DNA of 64,000 nt, taken from Eledone cirrhosa. Its lineage: Eukaryota. Positions within the stretch are counted from its first letter, which is position 1, and every line of letters starts with the position of its first letter. The translations under genes and the position numbers were made by a program. Location: positions 21,390,001-21,454,000 of the forward strand of contig OZ024750.1 of NCBI GenBank assembly GCA_964016885.1, written 5' to 3'. Positions 20,205-33,954 of this stretch are shown here, in pieces. The notes below the pieces were generated by a model that saw nothing but the letters and a program-made list of their open reading frames with translations, was not told where the DNA came from and searched no databases.

Positions 20205-20271
20205 ATATTCATTAGTTAAGCAAAACAAGACCACAAAATTTGTGGTCTTGTTTTGCTTAACTAATGAATAT
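20205..20271. repeat. Perfect 67-bp palindrome (33-bp arms, 1-nt centre) abutting (TA)n
   Basis: ATATTCATTAGTTAAGCAAAACAAGACCACAAA-A-TTTGTGGTCTTGTTTTGCTTAACTAATGAATAT. Confidence 0.92.
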
Positions 20272-21295
20272 GTATATATATATATATATATAAACATAAA
20301 TTATCGAGATTCGCATTTCGGCCCACGAAATAACGAAAAACAACCTCCGAGATGAACCAGAGCTATAACAAACGTTAAACGCCAAACACACTGAGACGAT
20401 GGTTAAACAATCATTCGCATAGCCAAAAAAAAACGATCAAGTAATTAGGGTATTGAAAATTTACCCGGACCCCTGGAAGGTTGGTAAAATCCAGTATTTG
20501 GGTTTCTGCGGCTCCTAAATCAAGTACCGTCCGCTTACATAAATAATGTCAGGCTTCTGGTAAGATGATTGAACAAGGAAGCCACTTTCTCAACAGGTTT
20601 AAGGTCAATGTTAATACAAGGACTGACTATTGCTGACTCTACATGGGGATCGGCAAGGGAGGCAGCCCCTATATCAGGCGAATAAATTAAGTTGTGTATA
20701 TTTTTGCAAAAATTCAAAAACATCAAACACACACATGCATACAAAGTCAGGTTATATGTACGTAGGCAAACATTCATATACACGAGCATGCGCAAATATC
20801 TGTACAGTCACAAATCATGTAGGTATGCAGATATATAAACGCATATATCAAATTCATGTATGCACACACGCTACATTCACACACCATACACACGCGCGTA
20901 TAACCTATTTGTGTATACATGCGTGTGTTTATATGTCTATGGGATTATTATTTCTGCTATTGAATGCACTTCTGGATTTGTTTGTGTTTCTCTGAATGAG
21001 GCATACGATAGTGTACATCACATTTATTTAGCCAAGCTAAAGAGAATAAGATAGCTATCAGCTAGAGATAAACAACTTGTCCTCAGAGATATACGTATTT
21101 CTTGAATATATTCAAGCTAAAAATACCACTATTGGCTAGCAGCATCAATATTTTGACATCATGTGTATATCATTTGTGTGTGGGGTTGTTTGTGGCTAAG
21201 ACTGTGTGTGTACGCGTTTGTACGGGTGTGTTTGTGTGCGTTTATATTCTCAGATACAGGTTTTACTGCATATATAAAAATATATATATATATAT

Positions 21296-21371
21296 ATACG
21301 ATATTAACAAATGGAAACTATATTTATAAAACCATATTTATTTATATAGTTTCCATTTGTTAATATCGTAT
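21296..21371. mobile_element. Fold-back of the 3' tip of the HHR-bearing element at 54040-54227
   Basis: 28-bp inverted arms; the left arm plus loop is the near-identical reverse complement of 54179-54227. Confidence 0.8.
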
Positions 21372-21455
21372 TTTTACTCCAATTATTTGTTGAGTGCTTT
21401 ATATCAGTTATAAAAATATTTGCTTGTTGCATCCCAACAATTTAAATAGAACTTT

Positions 21456-21487
<32 letters not shown>

Positions 21488-21490
<3 letters not shown>

Positions 21491-21695
21491 ATGTGAGAAA
21501 AACCACAGACCCTCCATCTCAACTCACCTTTTGAAAAGCAGAAGAACTGCGAAACCGGTAAAGGAACCAAATAAATATATATATTTTTTAAAAAAATAAA
21601 ACTTCAGTTGCATTTTCGATTTCATCTCTTTTTCTTTATACTTCCACTCGTGTAGGACACCTCGGTTATTTTTCATTTTGTAAAAAAAACCTCAC

Positions 21696-21702
<7 letters not shown>
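21488..21702 (+). mobile_element. Solo pLTR of family C flanked by (TA)n on both sides
   Basis: Reverse complement of about 46770-46975; contains the HHR at 21527-21564. Confidence 0.85.
21527..21564 (+). ncRNA. Hammerhead ribozyme, U3-A8 core variant
   Basis: CCTT-TTGAAAA-GCAG(aagaa)CTGC-GAAA-CCGG-TA-AAGG: all three stems pair, GUA site, palindromic ACCGGT. Confidence 0.8.
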
Positions 21703-21774
<72 letters not shown>

Positions 21775-21775
<1 letters not shown>

Positions 21776-22058
21776 TGTTATACTTTGGGAGGGTCATGTT
21801 GCCAATAAGAAACACACGCACCAGTTGCTTTCACTTCAATTTAATTTATTAAATATTTATAAATTTACAAATTTATAAATTTATAAATTTCTGGTTGGTT
21901 GGTTGGTTCCACAACCAGATAGTTGTTTATATATATATAGTCATAGTTCTTTCGTCACACACTCTGTGACCTCTTCAGTGACTGGGGATTTCTTTCTTCG
22001 TTTCTGTGCCTTTCCTTTCTTCTATCCTACGCCATTTGCTAAACAAATTCAGAAACGA
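21775..22058 (-). mobile_element. Family B pLTR-like unit, internally shorter copy
   Basis: Same 5' (TCGTTTCTGAATTTGTTTAGC) and 3' (GACCCTCCCAAAGTATAAC) termini as 6408-6898; flanked by (TA)n. Confidence 0.85.
21939..21983 (-). ncRNA. Minimal hammerhead ribozyme
   Basis: Minus strand AGTCA-CTGAAGA-G-GTCAC(agagtgt)GTGAC-GAAA-GAAC-TA-TGACT. Confidence 0.8.
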
Positions 22059-23099
22059 CATATATATATATATATGCATATATATATATGTATGTATGTA
22101 TGCATGTATATATGTATGAATGTATATTTGTGTGTATGTATACAAATATATATGTGCCTATATATATATATATATATGCATATATATATATTTGTATATA
22201 TATATATCTATAGATATTTATGTGAATATTTGTATACATATATATGTAAGTGTATTTGTATATATAAGTACCCCCCCCCCCCCCATATATATGTCTGTGT
22301 GTGTCCATATGACAGATATGACAGATTACAGTAAGTAATTGTTTAAGTTCATTATATGGAGACTGATAAATATGTTCGCTTGTCGTATCAAGAACTCCAG
22401 AATTAGATTCCAGTTCTTGGCATTTGGGGCAAGAGATATTTACCATAGTATCTGTTTGACCCAATTTTGTGAATGGAATCCGTAAAGAGAAACTGGGTTT
22501 GAAACTGTAACTATACTTCAAAGTGTGAGTCTCTTCACACACCAGGTCCTGCTGAAACTTGGTTGGAATAGAATAAAGTGTATATGTGTTTATGGACTGG
22601 TCAGTCACTTATTGACCAAGCTATTCTTGCTACCGAATAACTAGATTGAAAACTCACAATTGAAATCGACAGAACTTTACACCATTTTCTTGTACTCTAT
22701 TTGTTGTGGGTTATTTTTTCAAATTGCATATCGCACCCACCAAGTTAAATAAAATGGCTTAAGGTATTAAAAAAATCGGGTCGCAATACATAATGCAATT
22801 ATTTCTGTGGAATAGAATAAATATAAGATTCTGAAGAATAATCGCTTACTTCTAGATATATAGACAAGTTCGATATTTATATCACAGCATAGTTACAAAA
22901 ACTTGTAAACACAGAATAACTAGTTATATAGAGTATTCATAATACAATTCCTTAAACCATCATGTAACTTTTATTCATTCATTTCACGTAAGTTGGTTTT
23001 TGTTAAATTTATATATCTTTATGTATAAGGTTTTTTACGAATTTCAAATAGTTTACATGTCCTTCGTTTGACTTTCTTTATTTGTTTCGTTGGTTGATT

Positions 23100-23280
23100 T
23101 GCAGTATCGGTAGAAGGTAGGACGCCAAGCTTTGCAGCAAAGAGTTACGTTCCTTTACGAAGTGTGTTGAAGTCCCGCCGAGGTTAACTTTGCCTTTCAT
23201 CCGTACGGGGTCGATAAAATAAAGTATCAGTAATGTACTGAGTAATTGCTGGCCTTCTTCCAAAAGTAGAAATAATTATT
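23100..23280 (+). mobile_element. tRNA-derived SINE family 1 (octopus-type)
   Basis: Conserved GAGGTTAACTTTGCCTTTCATCC..GGGGTCGATAAAATAAAGTA..CTGGCCTT..CAAAAGTAGAAA; several copies in the window. Confidence 0.8.
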
Positions 23281-23434
23281 TGTTTCGTTTATTTGGCCTT
23301 TGATATATATTTATCTATGTATCTATCTGTGTATCCATCTATCGCTCCTTATATAAATAGGGTACACACACATATATACATATATAAATACATATATTCA
23401 TCCATCCATCCATCCATCCATTAATACATACATG

Positions 23435-23985
23435 ATGATGGCTGCCCCCTCCTTATCGAGTATGGCCATTGCACGATATGACATTATTAATAATCATTAA
23501 TTAATTAGATCGTGCAATCCATGTGCGGAAAAACTATGCACTGAACCAATCTCACTCCCTGGGTGATAGTAGATATAACCCGAAAAGAAGAACCGTTCAA
23601 CATCATCAGTAACTACTGAGCCTCAGGTTTTATGTCGGAGTTAGCCCAGTTTCCTGAGTTGCCTTCTCCTAGAAGAATGCCCTGATATACAAACATACAT
23701 ACATGATGGCTGCCTCTTCGTTATCGAGTATGGCCAGTACACGATATAACATTATTAATAATTATCAATTAATGCTATCATGCAATGCCTGTGCGTGTAG
23801 ATTTTTTTAAAAGTGAGGAAAGACTGTGCACTGAGCCAATCCTACTTCTGAGCGACAGTAGCTATAACCCGAAAAGAAGGAAAGATCAACATCATCGGTA
23901 ACTACTGAGCCGCAGGTTTTATGTCGGAGTTATCCCATTTCCCTGAGTTGCCTTCTCCTAGAGGAATGCCTTGACATATATACAT
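23435..23985. mobile_element. Two tandem diverged copies of a ~270-bp interspersed repeat (third copy at 61213-61560)
   Basis: ATGATGGCTGCC..TTATCGAG....CCTGAGTTGCCTTCTCCTAG repeated. The class is uncertain (possibly RTE-related non-autonomous). Confidence 0.7.
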
Positions 23986-24899
23986 ACATAAATACATACA
24001 TACATATAATTACATATATGTGTCTGTTTGATTGTATAGTTTGTTGGCTGTGAATACATCTATATAAGGTTATATATATTTATATGTACAAACATTTTGT
24101 ATTTATATTCCCCTTATAAGGTGTTGAAAATGTTTTTTAATAGTGGTTTTAATTTGTTTATTGTGACTTTTGTTTCTGCTGAATCGATGTTCTTTGTTTA
24201 AAATATATTTTAATCAGCAAAAGTCAACAATGATGTCCCAGTATCGTCCATATATATATATATATATATACATATATATATGTGTGTGTGTGTTTACGTG
24301 TGTGTGTGTGTGTGTGTATATATATATGCACGTGTGTGTATATATATGCACGTGTGTTGGTATGCACGTGTGTTTGTGTGTATATATGCACGTGTGTTTG
24401 TGTGTGCGTGTATGCACGTGTGTTTGTGTGTGTGCACGTGTGTTTATATATATAAGCGTATGTGTGTGTGAATATATGTGTGTGTGTGTTTATTTGTGTA
24501 TATGTATTTTATGTATATATACATATTAGTTTACCTTATGTAATGTGTGTGTGAGCGTTATATCGTCCGATTTCGATTTGAACATTAAACACGTTGTTTA
24601 TGTGTTTCGTTGAGAAGTTACCTCCACCTCCAAAAGTTTCTTTATTTTGGTAGATTTTACTTATAATTTCATTTAACTTCTAAACAAACCAAAATAACTA
24701 AATAAATCTACTTTAGTTGTTGTTGTTGTTGTTGTTTCTGTTAACGTTCCTGTTGCTATGTTCGCTATTGTGTTTTTGTATCTGTATTTCGTTTTAGTTG
24801 TTACTACTTTTTTGGCTGTAGCTGGTCTTAGTGTTGTTGGTAGTGTTTGTTAAAACAGATTTTTTTTTTCTCATTATTGTTGTTCACATTGATTTTATT

Positions 24900-25370
24900 G
24901 TCGTTGTTGCTGGTGGTTCTAGTATTGGTGTAATTATTAGTATTGTTGGTGGTGTTGGTGGAGTTGTTGTTGGTGGTGGTGTTTGTCTAGCTGGTGGTGT
25001 TGTTGGCATTGTTGATGGTGGTGTTGGTATAGTTGTTGATATTGTTGGTGTAGTTGTTGATGTTGTTGGTGGTGTTGGTGATGTTGGTGTAACGTTGATG
25101 TTGTTGGTGGTGCTGGTGTAGTTGGTGATGTTGTTGGCATTGTTGTTGGTGGTGTTGGCGGTGTTGTTGGTGGTGTTGGTGTAGTTGGTGATGTTGTTTG
25201 TGGTGCTGGTGTAGTTGATAATCTTGTTGGCATTGTTGTTGTAGGTGTTAGCCACGTTGGGGTTTGTGTTGTCATGGTTAGTGTTACTGAGGGTTGTTTT
25301 GTCGATGTAAGTGTTGTTGGGGTTTCCGTTGTCGGTGAAGGTGTTTTTGTTGTTGCTGTTGTGGGCGTTA
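24900..25370. repeat. Degenerate (GTT/GGT)n trinucleotide tract
   Basis: Direct reading. Confidence 0.85.
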
Positions 25371-25744
25371 TCTATTCTTATCACTTTTTAAAAGGACTAT
25401 TTTTTTCATTGATGGTGCTTTTATTTCTATTGTTGTTAGTGCTGATGATGTTCATGTAGTTGTTAGTCTTGTTAATGCTGTTTTCTTTGAGTTTTTTGTG
25501 GTTTTGTCTGTTAGCGTTTTTGTTGTTTCGGGTGTTTTCGGTTATTTTGTTGTTTCAATGCAATAAAATTCTTGGCATATTCCTGTAAACATGTCGAGCA
25601 AATGTTAGAAAGTAGAAAGTTTTATGCAACTACCATAAAGACGATATTTCCACTATACTTTGACAAGCACGAGTAATGGCTGATGTTAACACAAGTGATG
25701 GCTGCTTTCAAACAAGAAATCAATAATATATAACAAAAACTATA

Positions 25745-25830
<86 letters not shown>

Positions 25831-27595
25831 GAGAAAATATACAAGTACAAAAACACAAACAAGGAAAAGCAGCCGATATAATACCGCTATGAGTGTGAAG
25901 TTGTTAAGTTCTTTTTCTCCATTATTTTTTTGTTGATACTCTCCTTTGTTATTGTTTCTGCCGTTATTATTATTACTATTATTATTATTATTATTATTAT
26001 TTGTTTGGTGTTGTTATTGCTGTACTCAGTATTTTGGAAGGAAATATAGTTCATTTTTGTTTTGTTTGTTTGTTTGTTTGTTTGTTTTGCTTTTTTCATG
26101 TTGTTACAGTTGATATGGCTGCAGCATTTTTAATATTGTCTTTCATGTTGTTTGTTGGTGGTGAAAGTGGTTATTTTTCACTGAGAAGGTAACTTCATTC
26201 ACGCAACCATTTTCTGCTGTCTACCTTTATTTTTTTTTCTCACTGCTGCTGATCATTTTTTCTCGTTGTAATTTAACCCCATGACGTCTCAGTGAAACAG
26301 TCTGAGAATCAAAGTCATTCAAGCCATTTCTATCACGTCGTTTTAAGAAGCAGATAACTCTAAATTATTTACAATATGCTACAATTTCAAGCAGATATAG
26401 CTGCCAATCATACTCTTAAAATCATATATATGGCGTGGAATTGATGTGTGCGTGTGTGTATGTGTGTGTGTGTGTATGTATGTGTGTGTTTGTGTGACGC
26501 ACATGATTAAATGCGTATAGCAATGATTTTTTCCTGTTAATCTTTAGTCTAGTCAGCAGTTCTAACCGATTTATTTACAACTAAACAAGGTATTGTTAGT
26601 CACTTAACTCCACCACATTCAAACATGAATGTATGTGAATAAATATGTGTTTCTCGTTTTATATTCTTTACGTTTACTGAATAGTGATGCAATTTTATAT
26701 ATACTCTTTTTTTCTTCGAATAGCAGAACTTTGTAGTCTTTATGTGAGACAATTTCTTTCAGTCAAATTTCTCGATCAGGATATCAAAAGAAGCTCCGAA
26801 GTCTTAGTAATTCCTGTAAATTAGATCTTTAAAGAAAGGAACTTGAATAGAATTTTCTAGAATTCACAAGATTCAATGCTAAAAAATAGGTCACGTAAAC
26901 TTGATAGTTGATGTTATATTTTCAAGATAGGAAATATCGAAAAGTAAATTACTACATATCAAAGATAATCGGAAAAATATGTTGCAAAGGAAACACGTTC
27001 TTTTTTATGAAACCAAAAAGAGGGGAAAACAAAAATAGAGTAAAGAATTCTCCGTATAGTTATTTACTTATTAATAAATATTTTCTACTTTTGCAAATCA
27101 GCAAATCATTTAATTTCAGCATTGCGGGCTAGTTGGCATGGTGGAGGAATTGGGGGTTGCTAGTGGCAAAAGGAATATTGCCGTATTTCGAAAATGCCAT
27201 TCATTAATTACAACCACGGATTCTCATTTACAGAGGGCAAATGGTATTAAACTCTTAGACATTGACCTAAAAATAAACAGCCTACTGTAACGGTATGTAG
27301 TTAAAGGATTAAATTTCTATAGGAAGGAGCTTGTAAATTATAAAAATAAAAAAAATAACAAGAATAGAAAAATAATAGCTCTCAATGGATATAAAAAATA
27401 TAAAAATATATATATAAAGGTTATAAGATTGGAAGAATAATGAGAATTATATGATTGAGAAATTATCAAAAATGTTAAACACCATCTGCTAAATTTTGTT
27501 AAATAAATTATAGCAAAAGCAGTTATTTTTAATTCTAATGGCTAAGATTCAAGAATGTACATTATTAGAAGATGATTCAAAGCTATTTCGTGCGA

Positions 27596-27642
<47 letters not shown>

Positions 27643-28917
27643 TAAGTTGAGGACTAAATTTGGTGCAGTTAATTTTCGACCGACATGCTAAATCCAAAGA
27701 AAATAGGTTATTGGTGACCGAGTATTTTCAACAATGAATGTAGGGGAAATTGATTAATTAATCAATTCCAAGTACTCAATGTATAGAACCAATCTACTCC
27801 AGAAATAGTAGGTATCATCATCAATAAAAACAATTTAGAGGTACTGTTTACATATTGTCTCATGCACACCTCAATTTACATAGACGCCAATAGATGAGTA
27901 GTACTTTATTATATTGACCTCGAAATGGTAAAAAGCAAAGTTGATATCGGTGGTATTTGCAAACAAAACGAAATGACCAAGAGCAAATGCCACAAAGCAT
28001 TTTTCCGAGGTCATAACGCTCGTGCACATCGCCCGGCCGAACAAAACATGTAATAAATACAATCTAAATTCATTAGCGATAGCATTAAAATAATATGATT
28101 CAGAACATTGGTGTATATGGAAAAATATAACTAATGTACATCTATACAAATAGTCCAGGTTTAGAGTGTTTGTAAATATTGATAAGTGTTGTTCCTGCTT
28201 TAAAGTAAATGTATTGGCAGGAACATTATATGAATGTTTCTGACCGCTGACATCGTAATTTTATTTAGGAGAATGTTGTCTTCAATTTTAACATATACGA
28301 CTTACATCCTTCTATTAGATGACATAAGGGAACGTTTTCGCATGACACTGGACGACTATAATGAGCAGGTTTAGCTAATTCAGAGAAAATCCCCTACTAA
28401 AATGATCACAACAGAAGGTCATATTTCAAATGTAAATGCACATCAATACAACCAATTTACAAAGGTATATCTACACTCATACAGCGATAACTATATCAAT
28501 TTAGTAATATATATGTATATATATATAACATAAATATGGATAATGGACAAGAAAGAGAGTTCAACTATATATATAGGGGGTTATAAAATGATATATATAA
28601 ATATAAAAAATATATATTAAAATATGAATACCTGTATAAAATTAGGAGCAAAGTATGTAGATAAATATACCAAAATATTATATGCATAATGGACACTACC
28701 TTATATTTTGGTAGATTTATCTACATATATATATATATGTGTGTGTGTGTGTATAAATGTATATATATATATATGCCTATTCACATTAAATGCCTGACTA
28801 AATTAGGAGAGGTTCAAAGGTTCCACTTGTACATCTCATTCAGACATCCCGCGATGAAATTCCTATTGCCATTCCTCACCGATGTGGGTTTTTACCTATA
28901 TATATATATATATATAT

Positions 28918-28998
<81 letters not shown>

Positions 28999-29228
28999 GG
29001 GTAAAATTCCCGACATTCATGGACGAGTTACGTTACCATGAGTTAGAGGAGATGTCTCATTGTAAGACAAGCCAAATCACATGACCATTTCCTGCTCATA
29101 TTAGGCTGATTCTGGATGCCCTTCTTAACGCCAACCACATTTACAGTGTAAACTGGGGATCTGTGTATATAATATTATATATTATATACATAGATATACA
29201 TTATATATTATATATATTATATATATAT

Positions 29229-29275
29229 AGTAATAATAATAAATGTGAAGACTAAAATCCAAAGAGGGCTCGATA
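29229..29275 (+). mobile_element. 5' tip of family A element
   Basis: AGTAATAATAATAAATGTGAAGACTAAAATCCAAAGAGGGCTCG matches 1300-1343. Confidence 0.7.
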
Positions 29276-29478
29276 AGGATAAATATATATCAAATATATA
29301 AGAACCCTAGGACAAATATTTATTAAAATAAATATATTATATTATATATATATTATATATATACATATTATATATATATGTATGTTATGTATGTTATATA
29401 CTTATATATATTACATTTGTTTATACATTATATATTATATGCATACATATATATATAGAGTTACATATATACACACAG

Positions 29479-29527
<49 letters not shown>

Positions 29528-29530
29528 ACT

Positions 29531-29627
<97 letters not shown>

Positions 29628-29648
29628 TGTAACTATGTATATATAACT

Positions 29649-29731
<83 letters not shown>

Positions 29732-30879
29732 TATATACATAGTTACATATATATACTTATATATATGTAGTTATATATATATATTAATTGATTAAAGGTA
29801 GAACAATGCACCGAAACATTGTTCGATGAGACATATATGTAGGTCTTGTAGATCAAAGAACCTACGTATATTCGGTTGCAATGTAATTACAAGTTGTGTT
29901 GAAATGCTCCGTCGGCTACGAGAGACATTTAGAACAAGATGTTTCCTTGTATTTTTCTTCCTTAATCAAATGATTATGTTTGTGCAACAGTCTTAGAACA
30001 AATATATACTTGACTGATCATTGCTTTAGTATAAAGATTATATTCTTATGATAGAATGAGATATTAACTAAGATGGAGCCATTCATTCAGTCTCGCATGA
30101 AATGATTCGATCTTGCACTCACAAAACACTGCTTAGTTCGTTATTCGATTCAGATGTTTGTAATCGTCGCTTTTAGACACGAAAATCTCCACTTATCTAT
30201 GAAGTATGTTTATATTCTCATTGACTAATTTTACACACCTTAGATGTATTGTTTTGCAGTCTAACAGTTAGTAGATGGCGAAAAAGAATTCGGTTAAACA
30301 ACTCGTAAAACCCACCTATTTATGCACAATGCACAATATTCAATGGAATTGAAAATGCAGTAAAATCCTATGATTCTGTTGTATCGCTATGACTAGATAC
30401 CGTGGAGATAGTTATTCTACTGTTGTCATCGGTAGAGGTTCTATACCATCTAAATCCTCGTCTGTGGTCTTCATTATTTCAGCATTGTGACTTCAATTAT
30501 ATATTTTTCATCTAGAAACGTTGTTTTCATCATTAAGACATTTAGATAAAATATATAGTTAGTTATTAACATGAAACTTGATTGAGTTGTTTGGAGGAAG
30601 AATCCATCGTTTCGACTGCTTTCCATCTTTAAATTATTTCAATAAAATAGATATATCAGTGTTGTATTTATTTTAGCAATGTTTAACGAGGTTCTGATAA
30701 TTTAGTGTAACGATATCTCATATAACAAAGAGTCATATAAGTGGTTAAGAATGGATTCGCAGTCTAATTATGCAGATAGTATTTTTTTTTTCTTTGGGCT
30801 AGATATCTCTAACCTCTGTCAGTAAATTAAACTGTGAGGTTTAGCAGCTAGAACATTTTCCAATAACGTATATGCCACT

Positions 30880-31010
30880 ATCAGAGACTCATTGGACTGG
30901 AGCCTATGAGAGATGTATTGGGGTTATGTGACCGGGAGTACAAGGGTACAAAGATTTCAATTCGAATAACTGAAACATTGCGATTTGGATGATGACGTCG
31001 TGAAATCAGA
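30880..31010 (+). pseudogene. Possible highly degenerate LINE RT fragment
   Basis: Approximate translation LEPMRDVLG..EYKGTKISIRITETLRFG.DDV resembles RTE 'G..I.G..I.NLRFADD'. Confidence 0.3.
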
Positions 31011-32169
31011 TACCGATTATTAGTATCTGTGATAAATTTGTCAATATTCTACTAGATCTAGTAATATTATGTGGCTTGTCCATACAACTAGAGACACAGC
31101 CCTACCAACGTCCTTTCATATCTTTAAGATTCGGTGGAAATTTTCTAATTGACTTGCAGCGAGGACCTCGAGATTCCACTTCCCTTTAAAGTACTAAGTA
31201 TGCTATGATTTCTTTCCACTCTTGGATAAACACCCCCTCTATTTTCTTATTTCTGCCATGAGATCAATGTCATACATAAGTTCAATACATATTGCGTTGT
31301 CAATCGTTTCTTTTGCAATAAAAATTAACCAATTGAAACCAATATAATCAAGGTTTAAAATTAAATTACGGTTTAAACAATTGTTGTGGAATATTTGCCA
31401 TTTTTTTCATAGAAAAAGTCATCATATAGTTCTCATTTAATCGACATTTTTCGAATATTCTTTTTGTTAAATTATATCGAAAAATATATATATCATATAC
31501 GCTAATAAAGGATATTTATTATCTGAGTAAGAGGGCGGTTGATAGTGCATATAATCATTTCAGGTCCACTGTGATTGAGAGAGTGAAATGAGAACGTAAT
31601 TATTGGATTTGACACCAGCTTTAAGCATGATGAACTTCGGTACAATCACCAGTCTATCAGTCATGAACATAGAATGTTCATTCCAACGGGTTTCTGCCTA
31701 TGTTCTGGCTTAAACTATTGCCTAACAAGGCCTTGGTCTATTTCAGCTAGATGAAAACCACGACACCATCGAGTTTCATTGTAAACTTCTTAACCACTCA
31801 TACATGCCTTTACCAAATAAGAGTATCTTGGGGAGAGACAATAGAAAAATACTCTTTTCTGGAGAGGATAGTTATTGGTGTAGTGATCATATAATTTGAT
31901 GAGGATTGAAACCGTGTATGAATGTTTCCTACTCAGTGCTCAAAACATAAATCAAACTACTGGCAGAAATACCAAATTTACATATCTTACTTAATTAAGG
32001 AAATTATTAATAGTTATACACATTGTCTGTGAAAGGATCATAGGTTCCCTCAGTAGTAAAAGAAAATAGGAATATTGTCCTATCAAGATCATTAGCGACG
32101 TAAAAATAAACTAGACTTATGCTTCCAGTTTGGGAATTCTAAAGATTCTGCTATATCACGTTTTGTTTA

Positions 32170-32170
32170 T

Positions 32171-32204
<34 letters not shown>

Positions 32205-32297
32205 ACAATAGTCATCGCCGTCGTCGTCGTCGTCGTCGTCATCATCATCACCATCACCATCACCACCACCACCACCACCGCCACCACCACCACAACC

Positions 32298-32345
<48 letters not shown>

Positions 32346-32578
32346 TGGTAGCCTGAACCGGAATCGACTCAACAATTGACCTAAACGTGGGTCTGTCAAG
32401 TCCTGGATTTCAATACCCAGAATCTCTGGAGATGACATCGGGATAGGGGAGCTCGCGCCGCCTGTTATTAGTGACTGATAGTGGTTTCCAACGTACGAAT
32501 GAGGTTACAACCTCATTGGTGGCATGATGGCAGTGTCCAGCAAATCTTACTCTCCTTTTACGTACAACGACATATATT
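32170..32578 (-). mobile_element. RTE-clade LINE 3' end with (GAT/GGT)n tail (32170-32343)
   Basis: Minus strand VVRKRRVRFAGHCHHATNEVVTSFVRWKP....YPDVISRDSG (frameshifted), followed by a trinucleotide tail. Confidence 0.75.
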
Positions 32579-33146
32579 TTTTTCAAAGGGTTTCAAATAG
32601 TAGTAGTTGTTGTTGTTGTAGTATATCAAAGAAATATAGAAACCACGCCGTTTTCCTGATCTTTGACACTTTCAATGAAGTAAAAATATTTAACTGAAAG
32701 GAGAAGCCAACATAAAGTCACTGGAGATAGACATATTGTCATAATGTTACATGGATCCCTATAAGGGTTGTTGTAGTTGTGGTTCTTATGTTTAATGTCG
32801 AGATTGTTGACTATGTATTTATAATCATTAAACTTGCAAGACTTATGAACGGGAAAAGAAAATGTGGCGTGAAAAATAGGTGAAGAGTTTAAAAGAGCAC
32901 TTGATCGGCAAAGTAATACCATTTCAGATACGTGTGAAGTGTATTTATGGGTTTGAATTTGACGCGTCTGAAATGTGGTGTGTCAATACACGGCCATTAA
33001 TCTTGGCAGTGGAATTGACAAGCCTGTGCTACAAGACGAATGAAGTAGAAAACTAAATGATAGAGAAGCACACGAATCAACACACACACTCACACATACA
33101 TACGTACATACATACATATATATATATATATAGATATATATATATA

Positions 33147-33196
<50 letters not shown>

Positions 33197-33205
33197 TGTG
33201 TGTGC

Positions 33206-33284
<79 letters not shown>

Positions 33285-33302
33285 TCTGTGCGTGTGTGCG
33301 TG

Positions 33303-33590
33303 TAGGCCCGCGGCTAAGTGGTTAGGTTGTTCTCAGCTCACGATCCCAAGCTCGTATGTTCAATTCCAGGACCGGGCGTCGCCTTGTGTACTTGAGCAAA
33401 TCGCTTTATTTCACGCTTTTTTTTCCCATTTTACTGAGCTTACCTGTAATACAAGGGACAGACATGTCACACATTCTGCAGAAAGGTATGTTATGGGTGC
33501 GCGTATCTATGGAATACTCAGCCACTGTACACTTGTATGTTATCTTCATAAGCTGGTAGTTCCTTTGATTGAATCAACTGAAGTACTCGT
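33303..33590 (+). mobile_element. tRNA-derived SINE family 2 (CORE-like domain), degenerate
   Basis: A-box GGCTAAGTGG, B-box GTTCAATTCC, then CTTGAGCAAATCGCTTTATTTCACG; matches 55215 and 55577 in the head. Confidence 0.75.
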
Positions 33591-33637
33591 GGTCGGAAAC
33601 GACGTAGTCTAACAATTCCTATATTTGAATATATACG

Positions 33638-33686
<49 letters not shown>

Positions 33687-33954
33687 AAAACTGTAAAATT
33701 CCCTTAAGTTCCAGAGCTACCCATTTACTTTTGTTACAGTGTTGTAGATGTTTAGTAAGCGTCTTGATCCCAGACCATGCTTTGAGACTAAATCAATTAC
33801 ACCGCGGAAGAGTTATGTTAACCATGCAAAATACAGACAAATTCACTTCATATCGATCATTTATTTCTTGTCAAACTTATCATCGAACTGGTTGTGACCT
33901 AGCCGTAGACAATTACATTGCAATCTTTTAATTTTGTGAAGTATTACTTTCGAA

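Noticed and set aside
24831-25384. Thr/Pro/Asn-rich or Val/Gly-rich mucin-like ORFs
   Set aside because: Translation of a degenerate (GTT/GGT)n repeat, open in several frames, with no gene context.
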